A stretch of DNA of 63,325 nt, filler included, from Choristocarpus tenellus KU-1152 (Eukaryota > Protista > Phaeophyceae), in the NCBI GenBank assembly GCA_964200185.2. It is 11 parts of 11 records of this genome, joined end to end, with 100 filler letters (N's around TTAATTAATTAA, not from the genome) between each part and the next. Parts side by side here need not be neighbours in the genome. Positions count along the whole stretch, not along the records: positions 3,982 to 18,832 come from CAXNAD020001106.1; positions 18,933 to 31,141 come from CAXNAD020001923.1; 9 more parts are not named here. One strand, written 5' to 3'. This document shows positions 11,015-23,862 of the stretch, in pieces. A program made the position numbers and the translations under genes. The notes beneath the pieces were generated by a model. It saw only the letters and a list, made by a program, of their open reading frames with translations, was not told the origin of the DNA and made no database searches. Each line of letters opens with the position of its first letter. Position 1 is the first letter of the stretch.

Positions 11015-14000
11015 TTATGCCGCTACCATTGGTGTTGACTGAGATTCTGCCCCTGCTGCTACCCCCTCCCTCTCTGGTTCACACAGCACTTTAATTCCCT
11101 CAGCAGTCACGATCTGGCGCAGGGTGGATATTGATCAGTCACTACCAAAGCATTGGCTAAAGGAAATGCTGGGATAGTTCTGTGAGTTGAGGGCAATCAA
11201 TAGATTTCCCTTCTAAATCAGTGGGCACTAGTCATTGGACTATGGATTGTTTAAACAGAGGATACAGACACATACTATATGATCAAAGGTGCACTGGAGT
11301 TCACAATCCTTGAATCTGAGGGTACCCCTGCTTCAAATGAAAAGAAGATGGCATTCACTGTGATTGATTACTCGTGAGTATACATACATGGTTCAATGAG
11401 GGCAACTGCTCCCCTCCCCACCCTTCCCCATGAATGGGAACACGTCTAACTGGAAAGTTCTTAGTAGTACCCCTACATCTCATGGGTAGGTAGAACATAG
11501 GTTGCAGGTGATCCTCTTCAGGAAGAATTACCAGTGAGAATTCTTTCTACTCGTGACGAAATAAAATGATTAAGACAACACTTATAATACATGTTTCAAT
11601 TGACATAAGAGAAGGGTGTACTGTCCAACCCCTCTGCTTTTAGATTTGATGTCAAGTGGAGTGCTACAGAAAAATTGAACAACAAAAGTACCTGCAGTCA
11701 AAAACGTGGCAGACTGACCATCACACAACACTATGCACTAATAAAGAAGACTTCCTAATTGTGTACACAGACTTCCCAAAGACACAGCACAAGGTGATCA
11801 CAATGATGCAATTTCAACCCTCAACACTCACAAGCTGCCCTACTCCCTCTGATAAGTTGCAAAAAAAAGAACCAAGGCAAGCAGAGGGTGATAGATGCCC
11901 AGACTAACCTGTACTCTCTACCTCCAGTGTGACATAAATGTGAATAAAATCAAGGAGCGCATATTGGAGAGATCAGTGTCTTGATAGGATAAACAGGAAT
12001 ATCAAAGTAGTGGGGGGCAAGAATAGATGATTACAAAGAGTTAGTACTGTCAGTAGTCAGTATATCTCTCAGAGGGGAATCATTGTTGGCATTGATAGGG
12101 GGAGTTGTGATGGGTGGCTATGTCTGTATCCAGTACCTTGATCACAAAATTCTTCTGAGAGATGAAGAAGCGTGTGTGCAACTCATAAATACACTTTTGG
12201 ATTATTGACAGGGCCTCCTCCTGAGTCAAATTCTTCTTGTATTCCTGGTCGAAGACTGAATATGTGAAGTACGATCCGTAACCATGAGCACCGTATGGCA
12301 CCTACATGCACCAGCAACACCAGCAGACATATGTGAGGGAGACCATGGGAAACAACGGGAAAAGAGGGGAGGAGAGCAAAACATTAAAGGTTTAGGAGGG
12401 AATATTGACATTGACTAACATCACATGTTTTTGAGGGCAACAGGGAGTTGGTGCCATTACAAGGAATTCACTTTAGCCTTCCTGAGAACTTCAACAGGGA
12501 GGTCCTCAGAGTTGCACTTGTGAAGGTAGACTCATCACTGTGCCAACAACTTCTTGTTTGAAAGAAAAATATTTAGGTAGTTCTCTGAATCATTGAGGCT
12601 TATCTTTTCATTGAAGTGTAACCTCAGGCCCACTAAAGTAGGGCACAAAATGAGCCATTTTTCTCTCTTCCTTCCATCTGTACATATATATGTACCAACC
12701 ACAACAAAGCGGGTCCCCAGCAGATATCAATTTCCTAAGGAGAGGTCGATCCTTCCATCCATTTCCACTTTATGGCTCTGCAACCTTCCCATTCCTGACC
12801 TGATCCTATCATACACACAAAATCACTGTATGTTCAATCTGACAAGTGCTTGTGCCATCCTGTACATATGCTTCCCCCTGTGCTATGACCTCCAGTCAGT
12901 CTTAAACACTGCAGTTGGAAAATCTTCCTGTAGCAGAGATTTTACAAGCTTCACATTTCTAGTCCCTATCCCCACACTTTGTGTCAGTCAATATAACACA
13001 CAACTTCATCCACTCCAAAAAATGGTGGAAGTTCATGTGGGAAAAATTCCAGTCAAGCAAAACAAGGGTGTACTATCAGGTCCACTAGGAAGTATTACAC
13101 AGCACTACTCTGCTACAAATTTCGAACATGAGTAATAATAGATCAGAAATGCCTTGCTACATTGCAAAAGGAGTGTTCTCTTTCATCCATGACACCATCA
13201 GGAACAAATCGTGCATAAATCACACCTACCTTGGTCATTGAGCCAAGATAGTCTATCCAGAATAGTGAGGACACACCCTTATCCATCCCTCCAAGGAGAA
13301 GCTGCGTCTGGAATGGGCCCTTTCGGAGGGCACGTGCCAACTGAAAGTAAATGCAGTAGGGACATTGGCAGTTTACAGGATGAGTAAGCAGATATGTTCA
13401 AAGAAAAGACACATTCAAACACATCAGCTCTGTGATTGGGTCTGCTTGCCTTTGCATGAACTGGTATTGATCTTGTTCAACTTTCGCGACAGCAGAAACA
13501 TGCCATAAACTCAAGTTCTCTGAGCACATGCATTCCCTGTCGTCAACGTTTTGCTTATATAAAATCCCAAATCGTGGGTGATCCACAGGAAGATCAGCTA
13601 AGTGAGGTATTGTAAGGAAGGACCCCTACCCGAATCTACGTACGACCCCGGAGTGAATTAAGCTCCATAAACAAAGCTTAATCGTGGCATCCAGAAAGGA
13701 AGGGGGATTTATGGTTGCGGATACTTCCAATCAAGTTGTACACTCTCAAGTTAGTACGAATCAGCTTACATATTTCAATGCAAAATATACAGAATGTTTT
13801 TCCACGTCGCCAAAACCAATGATTTGAGACCACCCCAGCCCACCTCTCCACGGACAAAATGCGCTGCTGCCTTGGTGGTAAGCTGAAGGTCGTTGTTGAG
13901 CTCGTACAAAGCCAAGTTCTTTTGGATATACTCCGTGAACGTACAGCAGTCCGACTGGGGACCCGCGCTCGCCATTATGATGGAATCATTTAGGGGCTTC

Positions 14001-14349
14001 ACCTTATCCAAATTGGTCTGATAGAGTAAGATCGATTTGGCCACCTGAGCGTCAGCCGCAACGATGACGAAGCTGCTCAAGAAATGGAAGATAAAAGGGG
14101 TGTATTATGCGGTGATACAGAGCTCAGTGGTTCATCAATTGTGTACTACACGATCTTACTGGAACGCAGAAGGCTTACAAAACAGAAAAGCATAGAGGGA
14201 GATGACACCATGTTGAGTTGCGATCATTGTATATAGCATTGTAAAGGGATTCTTCCAATATTAAGGGGCATGTTTTCGAGAAAGACTGTTGTTGATACAG
14301 GATTCAAATTCACTCACTCGGGTCCACAGATTCCAAGCAATGTGTCCAT
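11015..14349 (-). CDS. PSMB2: 20S proteasome subunit beta type-2 (beta4/PRE1)
   Basis: Exons 14349-14318 (MDTLLGICGPD), 14072-13844 (FVIVAADAQVAKSIL...EYIQKNLALYELNN), 13340-13230 (LARALRKGPFQTQLLLGG...IDYLGS), 12301-12137 (VPYGAHGYGSYF...RFFISQKNFVIK), 11113-11015 (IVTAEGIKVL...stop). Phases are consistent. Confidence 0.93.
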
Positions 14350-14740
14350 GTTGCTTCGAGGAAAGCCCCCAGCTGGTGACTTACAGACACTGCAGATATC
14401 TTGAAGGTCCTCTCTGGTCTTGCACCCCTCCCAGCCCCCCTACCAGTTAGCGTAAGTCAAAGGAAAAATTCGCGCCACAGAACTCCTATTTCGAGACTCA
14501 CAGGAGGATTACTGCCAATGTAGGTCAACTATATTTTGTGCAAGAGATGGCACCCCTTTTTCTTGAGGGTCGTTCTCGAGAACCCTCTACATCCAAAATC
14601 AAAACACCAAAAAAGGGGGGGAAAGCGCGCAGCGCGCGGATATGGAGGCGTCGGTGGTCTAATCCTGACCACCGACAGGCTAGTGAACGATCACTGGGAG
14701 GAAACAGGCAGCCTTTTGAGGGGTTGTTGGGTGGTGCATC
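14350..14740. promoter_or_regulatory. Probable bidirectional promoter, PSMB2/RPS26
   Basis: 391 bp between the divergent ATGs; includes a GCGCGCAGCGCGC element at ~14625. Confidence 0.6.
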
Positions 14741-16542
14741 ATGACTGTCAAGAGGAGAAACCACGGAAGGAACAAGAAAGGCCGTGGACACGTCTTGCGT
14801 GTGCGGTGTGTGTTCATTCTACTCTGTGCTTCCCCCCTCGAGATTAGAGATATATGAGGATTTTCGTTTGAGAAATTTGTGTTAGAGAAGATGGCACGCT
14901 ATTTACTTCTCGGTGATAAGGCGGAACATAGTTGTTCTTCTCCTCTTGTGGACAATGATATCTCGACTTTCATATCTCTATGCCATGGGTTAATGCATTT
15001 CTTGTGGAGAGTGAAGAGGGGGGGTCAAAGTCTATTGACTGCCCAGAACTGATATGCGATATAATTGTAGTGACGAAACACTCGGAACGTAGTTCTTATG
15101 TCCCATTGTTTCAGGAATGGATGGGCCTTCTTTATATTGAGAGATGAATTGATGTAGCCCACATTGCAAAGGGGCTGATCGAGAAGCAAATATAGCCATG
15201 TAAAGTCATAGCAGCCCAGAAATATATAGACACAAATGTGTTACGAGAAGAATCCAGGAGGAGCTTACAAGCGGGCAAAGAAAGTGAAGGATTTAAGTGG
15301 TTGGGCAAGCTGGGTTGAGACAGCTTGAGTCCATCAATGGACAGCACTGGACCATCGTCTCCTTCATATGATTCACCTCACATCACACGTCGACCTTGGC
15401 GGGTTGCCTACATAGGCCTCACGTCGTTTCGAGTCTTTGCTAAGGACACTCTAGCGCAGAATTGCAATGAAAATGGATCTAATTCCTTAATATCCAGCAC
15501 TCCAGTGGCCGTCCTAGTGACACGTATCAACTGTCCTCGTTGAACATTGCAGGTGTGCGTCTACCGCCAAGGCTATCCCCAAGGACAAGGCTATCAAGCG
15601 CTTTATTGTCAGGTGAAGTTAGACAATGGAGTCCACACTAAAAGCTATTTGGAGATGAAATTATCTGTAGTTTTTAGTTGTAGTTGGACAAGACCACACA
15701 TAGTAAACGCATCTTGTTACAACATCATATCCAAAAATTTCAAGAAAATGTGCCTTATTTTCTTGCAGAGTTGTATCATGATTGAAGCAAAAGGGGTCAT
15801 CATCAAGAAAAACAGGTGTATGTCATGTGCAAACTTCCGCTTGAGCTTGACTATTCAACACACCTTCAAATACTTGACATTATAAAATATTCAATAATTT
15901 TACATACTGACCTCAATCAATGATTGTACTGTTGATTGTAAATATGCACTCGTTCTGCTCTCTGGATCATATAAGCAAAACTGTGTGAATTATGAATACA
16001 TATTTTCTCATGTCTAGTATTCCTTACGTGGTTTATTTTTGTCAAAGAAGTCCAGAGGCCTACAAGGGAATTCAGTGCCTGATAGTTTGAGGTTTTTCCC
16101 ATTGCTCCACTAGATTTTTTCTGTTGTGGACAACATGATTCTCTGAATTTACTCATAATTACATTGTTGATTCTGTTGCATCTTCATTCCCAAGTCAACA
16201 TAGGCATTAGCTATTAAACGTTTTGCCCTGTTCTGTGACAAGATGTTGTAGTACTCTGAGAATTATTGTGTGATATGTTTGACCATTGTAACATCTTTTT
16301 CTCCCCTCCCCTGCTGCCTTGTTGGTAATTGTATCATGACCCACAGGAACATTGTGGATGCCTCTTCCCTACGTGATATCCGTGAGGCATCAGTGTTTGA
16401 GAACTATGCTCTTCCCAAGCTCTACATCAAGCAGTACTACTGTGTGGAGGCTGCTGTACACCAGCGTATCGTGCGTTCTAGGAGTTCCGTACACCGCAGG
16501 AACCGTGAGCCCCCCATGCGTCACAGGCTGAAGAGGGACTGA
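14741..16542 (+). CDS. RPS26: 40S ribosomal protein S26 (eS26)
   Basis: Exons 14741-14805 (MTVKRRNHGRNKKGRGHVLRV), 15553-15612 (RCASTAKAIPKDKAIKRFIV), 16347-16542 (RNIVDASSLRDI...LPKLYIKQYYCVEAAVHQRIVRSRS...RRNREPP). Confidence 0.96.
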
Positions 16543-18761
16543 GCTCTTATTGCTTGATGAGGGGCGAAGTGGTCTTTCACCACTGGTACATTTATGCCAC
16601 ACTGCACAATGCAGAGGTCTGGTCTGCCTGTGGCTAGTGGTAGATAGTGGGGCATGTAGGAGGTAAACTCTGAATTGTTGTACACTCTTTTGGCATCATA
16701 ATTGCTGTTGTCAGCGGGCATGGTCAAAATGGTTTTGGCATGGCAATTGCAGGGTTACGCAGTCTTCCTGTACAACAAGGTACATGTGTTGTTGCTGTTG
16801 AGGAGTGTACTGAGGGCTACATAATACCTCGCCCTTATTTCACCCCCCGCTCATGATAAGGATAATTGCACTGTTTCCAAATATTATTCTGACGTCTATG
16901 TGTGAGGATTGGTACATCAATAGGTGGAGTAGGGATTATTGGGCAGGGGCGCCTTGTACCCCCTGTCAAGAAAACATGCTGTAGTGTGTGAAGAGACACC
17001 CTACTGTGTGTTGCTATCTTTGCTTGCTTTCCTTCGACCTCAAGCGACTTGCGTATTCAAGAATGCTGTGGTTGCTGCTATGTGGGGTAGCATATTCTCA
17101 TCTGCACATGCCTCTATCAGACACAGGACTGCTCTACTTGTTCATATTTTGAAGCTGCAAAAACCAGGACATCACTTCACATTGTTCGATGCTTACAGAA
17201 AAAGTTAAGGGGTCGACTCCCCTGTTATCCTCTTGTCCCACAGACATTGTACCCATGCTTGTATAGTGCGAAGTTTGACAGTAGGCTGCCATCACCAAGT
17301 TGTACCTTCTCTTGTCTCTGCTTAGCGAACTCTCTCAACTACCATCCCCATGTTGATGAACTTACTGTTTCCCATTTTCGTGAGAACAATGGGAAGGTAT
17401 CTTGTCATTCCTGCATGCTGGCTTCCTGCTGTGCCATTCTTAATGCTCTAGAAAGCCTGTAGCTTTTTGAGAGAACAGTTGCCAAGCTTCTGAGTCACCA
17501 CAACAGGTAATCCCTTATGAAAGTGATAAATGCATATACATGGTGATCCTGTTGTGGTCAAATGAGGCTAGTCACGATAGTACCCCCAGTGTACACATGA
17601 ACATCCGCCATTATATTTCAAGTTTCCAGTTTTCTCATTCTCTGTTGTACATGTAGATGTCTTGCCTCCCCACATTCTAATTTGATAGTGTTCATAACTT
17701 GTCTGTTCTCCAGAACAGTTAAACCATCGTGTGCTAGTTCACCTTGCCCCCATGACCCACGAAGCAAAAGGGTTCGGGAAATGTACAATCTGTTTGAATG
17801 GTGTGGAAGTCTTTGCCTGCAATAGTTCATCTTTAATTTACTTCTGAAAGTTCAGTACAGTTCTATCATATGAACATACAAATTACAGGTTGGTGTATGT
17901 ACTCAAAAGTTCATAGATACGTACAACTCTGTTTACAAATTTGAATCAAATGTTGATCCAGATGTGCGAACTATTTTTTCTGCTCACGTCGCATTGTTGT
18001 GTATATTTGTGAGGTCTACCTCCGTTGTTAGGTCAATTCATTATTGTTTGATCATGGCCAAGATTTCTATGTTCTGGTTTGCCCCTTTTTTTTTTCAGCC
18101 AACCCCATTTATCATTTTTTTATTCACAAAGCCAGGGTAAACAAGAGGTACTCAGTTTTGGTTGTTTTGGATATTAAGCCAGTTCAATTTTCTACCATTC
18201 ACCAATATTTCTATGGATAGAGTGGTAAGATTGACTTGAGAGGGTTGATTTCTCTATTGTTAGAGAGTTTTCGATACGATTGGGAAAATGCCCTCTACAC
18301 GTGTACAAATGTGGTCGAATTTTGCTCATATTTGCCAGCATCCTGGAAATCCAACTCTGGGTACCTCTCCTTTACTTTGAATCACAAATATCAGTGACGT
18401 ATTTATGAACGAACTTACAAAATCTATAGGACGTAGCTCACACATGTTCATCATCTTGCCTCCTATATCTGAGAGACGAAAATGATATGCAAATAGTGGT
18501 GCTTTGGATGTGTCACGCAGCTTGCTGAGTTCCTCGTTTTCGAAGTATTTGGCAGTAGTTTCTTGGTCTTGTATCCTTTCGGTCGTGTACAGATTTGTCC
18601 CACACAACTCATCGAGTTTCTTTGGTATAGGAAGTGAAAATATAATCTCACTTACTTTGCTTGTTCTATAACCTACTTGATCATTTGGATAAGCAGTATT
18701 GGGTTACTTCAAATAGCACATATCTTCCTGCATACTTACTATACAGTACATTGCAACCACT

Positions 18762-18832
18762 GGCTCAAAGTATCTGGGAGGGGGTAGCAGCTGTGTCCAA
18801 TTGGGGTCAATTTTTTCATGTCACGATTTTTG
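18762..18832. mobile_element. End of poly-G MITE family B at contig edge
   Basis: GGCTCAAAGTATCTGGGAGGGGG...TGTCCAATTGGGGTCAATTTTTTCATGTCACGATTTTT matches the reverse complement of 60385-60449. Confidence 0.75.
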
Positions 18833-18932
18833 NNNNNNNNNNNNNNNNNNNNNNNNNNNNNNNNNNNNNNNNNNNNTTAATTAATTAANNNNNNNNNNNN
18901 NNNNNNNNNNNNNNNNNNNNNNNNNNNNNNNN

Positions 18933-19047
18933 GGCCCCTTTTTGAATGGGAATCCATGCAAAAACATATGGGCACTTTCCGCGCACCATTTTGGGAAAAA
19001 TCCATCCTCTATGAAATGATCCATCCACCATTATCTTGATCCGCTGT
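18933..19047. mobile_element. Family C element end
   Basis: GGCCCCT...CCATCCTC...CCATCC...GATCCGCTG|TT, similar to 320-440. Confidence 0.55.
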
Positions 19048-20127
19048 TTAAGCTGGTTGGATTCTGGGCAAGGGGTACCTCACCTCTTGATTTTGAACTG
19101 AAGCAATAGAATTCCAACTCGAAATGTACCACAACCAAACAAATCTCAATTGAAAGTGTGTTGTTGCTTGGGGGCAGAAAGCCAGAAAAAGTAGTGAACT
19201 TTGAGTTGGTAAGTTGTGTGACTGTTGCAGTACTTCAGTGCACAGACGGTGTGAAGGGTAGCATATCCAACCCAAGAAAATGGCACATGCCAAGGACAAC
19301 ATACCCCCACCTACAGATAGAGCGAAGACCACAAAATACTAATCCTCTACCTGCCTTATTTGCCTCCAAATCTTAGAAGAAGAAAAAGCAGCAAATTAAA
19401 ACTGGATTTCCAAGCACCACTGCAATGCACAGAGGGGGTACAATGCTTGCACAGACACAAGAACGAGGTTTTGACAATGCCAGTGCATTGGAGCAGAGTA
19501 ATTAACTATTTTAGCAAAAAAGACAAACAAATCAATTAATGAGGGCGGTCATGAAGGTACACACACCACACCAGCTCCATAAATGCCTCACATCAAAACT
19601 CAACAAAATCACCCTGTACGGTGCTTCTATATTTGATAATACCTCTTGCCCCAGCTCTACACCAGAACTTGAAAAAAAGGAAGTGCCGGCAAACCTTGTT
19701 GATATGATTATATGAGCCTTTCCTGTTCTGCACACCATCAACCGATTCATGCTCCTTCTATCCTCTGCAATGCTTGACAGGGCGATTGGATGTGGAGCCT
19801 GCTATTGCCTACAATGCCCTGCTTAGTGTATCCCAAAGAGCTCAAGTAAACGAAATTTGCGCAAGGCACATGCACACACGCAACGACTCAAGAATAGCAC
19901 CTTTCTGGGCAGCAGCCCCTGTTTGCTCATCCACCTTTTCTTCACCACTGTCTAATCCCCAAATCTGCAAATATCCTCACCAATTAACAGCAGTAGCTTC
20001 ACTGACTGTTCAATAGCTGCAAAGCATTTCGGTTTGAAGCTCAGGGGCACCATTGGGGCCCCTAGCATGGTTGCGAAGTGGGCAATGTCACAATTAGCGG
20101 TCATGGATCAGGATATTATGGAGATGT

Positions 20128-23100
20128 TCAGGCAATGCTGAGCCTCTCCCACTTGGTGAAATCATCGTTATGTGTCACAGCCACCCCCAATGCTGAGCGC
20201 TTGGACCCTCCCTCTTCCTTATTGCTGTCCTTGCATGCGTGGCCCACGTAGTAGAGATGCCAACACCCATTGTCCATATCCACAATCTCTGGTGCCGAAA
20301 CCCCTCCCGAATCCCATGCACCGCTGTGGAGTTGAATTCACAACAAGGAAGGCGTTTTTGAACAAATATAGGGGTTAGAAGGGCTGGAACCTTGGTGTAC
20401 AAGTGCACCAAGATAAACTTGAGGAAATGAGAAAACCTGGTGGGGTTGTGTCAAAACAGATGTTTGTTGTAAATAGCAGTGTGGCCTGCTCCAAGGTCAG
20501 TTGTACTCTTTGTAATTGCCATAGCTCACTGCAGGGAAGGCATGTTTCTTACTACACTACCCTGATGTGTTCCTACAGTATCTGTCAACATATGGTGCCA
20601 AAATAAACATGCAACTTTCATTGCAAAACTGCCAGTGGTGGAGAGGAATCACTGATTGGAGCAGATGCCCCATAATTTACCGTAATATCTTCAAGCAACA
20701 AAAGAGTCCATGACCTTGCAACACACACAACACAAAAGTTTCAAAGAGTCAGGCAGTCCATACCCTTCCCCAGACCAGTCCTCACTCCCTACTTGCGGAG
20801 GCAATTTGTCACACAAGCCACAAGGCAAAGATGGGCAATTAATCCACATACAAGTCAATCAGTCATGTTACTCTCTTGCCTGGATGGATTACTGCGCTCA
20901 AAGACTGGGGCATCCCCATTCCTAGTCCATTTCTTCCCATCATCACTGGTGGCCAATCCAATGGAGTGCACGCCTTCTCCATCCACAGCTTCATAGAGCA
21001 TATGATACACACTGCACATGAGCAGTATGGGCATAGACAATGATGTTGCCAGGGGGAGACAACAAGAATATAAATTCAATATCCAGGCAAGAACTGCTCG
21101 GTACAGAGGGTGTCAGGCACCTTGTCCTTGCGCCATGAGTGATGGGGGAGGGAGTGGAGGACACAGTGATGGATAATTCAAAGCACAAAAAAAACAAAGT
21201 CCAGAGTACATTGAACAAATGTATGTGGTACCAGGGGATGGGGGCGAATTAGGGTTTGTTGAATTCGATGACATACATAAGCTTGAGTGTAGATACCTTT
21301 GTATTGTATTTTTGACTGACATTAGTCTTCTGACAAACAAGCCCAGTGGAGATCAGGTCCTTACACACATTGCACTTTTGATGTACAAAGTGTGCTCGAC
21401 TCTTGTCCTGGTTCTTTTATGTTATTTCCCCATCTATTCTTGGATAAGCAGTTCCATATCATCGCATTTGCCTGCCCCAAGGTGGGCTTGAAAGAACAGG
21501 TATGAACTCCTCACTAACCACTCGTTTAAAGGGAAGTAGGTGGGACAGCATAGCCTTGATATTAATTCTCACCCCTTTATCTTGATGATTCGACGACGGC
21601 TAGCACCACCTGCATCAAATGAACCAGGAGGGCCACCTTCAAAAACAGGGCCAACCTTTTTCCATGCCATACCATCTTGTGACGTTGCCATGCCTTATAA
21701 TAATAGCACAAAGCGATGGATAGGAAAATAAAACAAGGGAAATATATGGGAATGGCAAGGAAAACAGGAAATTGAGAGAACTATGGTCAGCTGAGAAAGG
21801 TAACCCTTGTACAATGCAGTCCCTCCCAACTTCGGAAGTGAGGTTTATGTCTTGATCAAGCTGAGGGACAGTGTTGCCCAAAACAAGATGAAGGCTTGAT
21901 TTGGTTTGGTGCAGTGCATATTCTATTTTCTGGTCAACCTTCTTGCGCCTCTGACTGCTCTATCCCTTTCGTGCCTTTCATAGCTTACACTAGCTTACCG
22001 TGCCTGCAGTACCAAACTCGCCAATATTTCAGGGGGGTGGGGGGAGGTAATCTCAGTAATTAATTCAGGAGATCAACACCCACCAACTGTGTACTTTTTT
22101 GTGCCGGTGACTAAAGCATGGTAGTACATGCGAAACTCCCGCTGCTCATGGTTTATCACTATTGGCCACCCAACAAAGAGCTCATCCCACTCCCCCTTGT
22201 CCCCAACATCCAGGCAACATCCAGATGGGTGTTCCCCCTCAACCCGACTCCAGTTCACCCCATCCTGCGAAAGGGCCATTCCAATACGCATCCTCACACC
22301 CTTGGATGTGGAAGCATCTGATCCTGATCGTGGCGACTGAATGGCAATGTGGAATGTAAGGAAACAGAAGAAGAGCAGTCGTATCAGAAGAGGCTCCACA
22401 TAAGTTAGCAGTGGTTGTCTCAAGTACTCAATAATTTCATGCGTAAATCGGGCCTTTGAATGGTGATAAAGTAGAGTCCTCAAGGGAAAGCAGGACCCCT
22501 TCTTACTTCAGGGTGCAAGTCGTGCGACATTGTAGAGGTGACTGGGATCCTGTTGCATCAACACAGTTTAATCCTCGCGATCTACGAACTGACCTTCGTG
22601 AGCCCAAACTCCTTTTCAACGTCTGTCTCCTCAAAGTTGCCACCAAAGTAGTACATGAAGTATACGCTGGCATCTGTTTGTACCTTCCTGGAAGCCCCCA
22701 GATTTACATCACCAAGACCGACGTGTGCGGTGTCAAAGCCCCACCACTGATCGGTGTTCACGTCTACGACAGAGTTGAGCGTCATCTGACCAGGGGTTCG
22801 TATCCAGTGAATGCCATCAGAGGACTCAGCTCGCCCGATCCTGAAGTATTGGTGAAAGAAACGGTTTGTGAACCGATCAGAGTTTGGAAACTGGTCAGTG
22901 CGTACCACAACGAATGGTTAGTATGGAGATGCAGAAAGATGCAAACGCAGAAAGTACAAACTGACCAGTGTGTGCCACAATGAATGGATTGTGGGAGATA
23001 CAGGGATACGCACATAGGTGTACGAACTATTACGCTGCCTTGAGTTGCTAGCAAGTGAGGGGGGTGCCGTAGATAGGGTGGGGTGTGCTCTCATTATGCC

Positions 23101-23465
23101 CACCTCCCGGTGCCAATGTTCATGACCCCGTCTCGATCCTTGTCAAACTCCTTATCTTGTCCATGGTACCACATGACCCACTTATCTCCATCGTCATGCA
23201 CATAACGGTGGACTCGTGGCATTCCAATGGTGCGTGAGTCAAACCAGTCGTCTAGCTGGTCTTGGTCCGTCGGAAATATTGGTCCTCCTCTTACGTCGGC
23301 TTCGAGGGTAGAGGAAGTCGACGATCGAAGAACCTTGGGAAGCACCCACGTCTTCCCAATTGCCACAACTCCTCTTCCCCGAGCAAAGGCTGGCGAGAAC
23401 GCCGAAACGCCTGTTGCGGCAAAGGCCGCATAAAGCACCGTCTCCACCAGAAAAAATGCCTTCAT
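20128..23465 (-). CDS. Plastid-targeted five-bladed beta-propeller glycoside hydrolase-like protein (arabinanase/levansucrase/invertase superfamily)
   Basis: Exons 23465-23104, 22840-22594, 22336-22084, 21693-21573, 21011-20880, 20323-20128. Repeated blades: WVMWYHG..IGRAESSDGIHW, YFMYYFG..IGMALSQDGVNW, FRMYYH..GMATSQDGMAW, YHMLYE..IGLATSDDGKKW, WHLYYVG..LGVAVTHNDDFTKW. N-terminal signal peptide followed by VSA|FSP. Confidence 0.88.
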
Positions 23466-23862
23466 CTTGTTTCACTGCGTCCTTCACACCAGGTCTGAGC
23501 TCAGATCCTGATCAGTTACTACGTCATATTACAGGGTAGGTTAGGGGAAACGAAGGTGGGTATGGAGTGTAGGGGTGTGGAGGGTATGGTGTAGTAGGAT
23601 GACTCGGGTAGGGCAATCGAACTGCATTGGGGTGGGAGAGTTTATCGTACGGGATAAATAGCTGGATTATACAGGGAGATACCATCACCTCAGTGTAACG
23701 AATACCAGGTAGAACCTTCATGCGCAAAACATGATCTTTTTTGAAGCAAGTGTATCACCTAAGTTTGTTGGGTTTGAAAGGTGTCCACACCCTGGATGGC
23801 ATATTCCTCGGACTGTCAACTCTCGACATGTCAGTAACTTCACCCAAGTGTGGTCAGCTGAC
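23466..23862. promoter_or_regulatory. Probable bidirectional promoter, GH-like/TPR genes
   Basis: 397 bp between the divergent ATGs. Confidence 0.55.

Noticed and set aside
12080-12136. PSMB2 ending by read-through (…VLDTDIATHH…)
   Set aside because: A GT donor at 12136 and a downstream exon (IVTAEGIKVL) fit the conserved C-terminus better.
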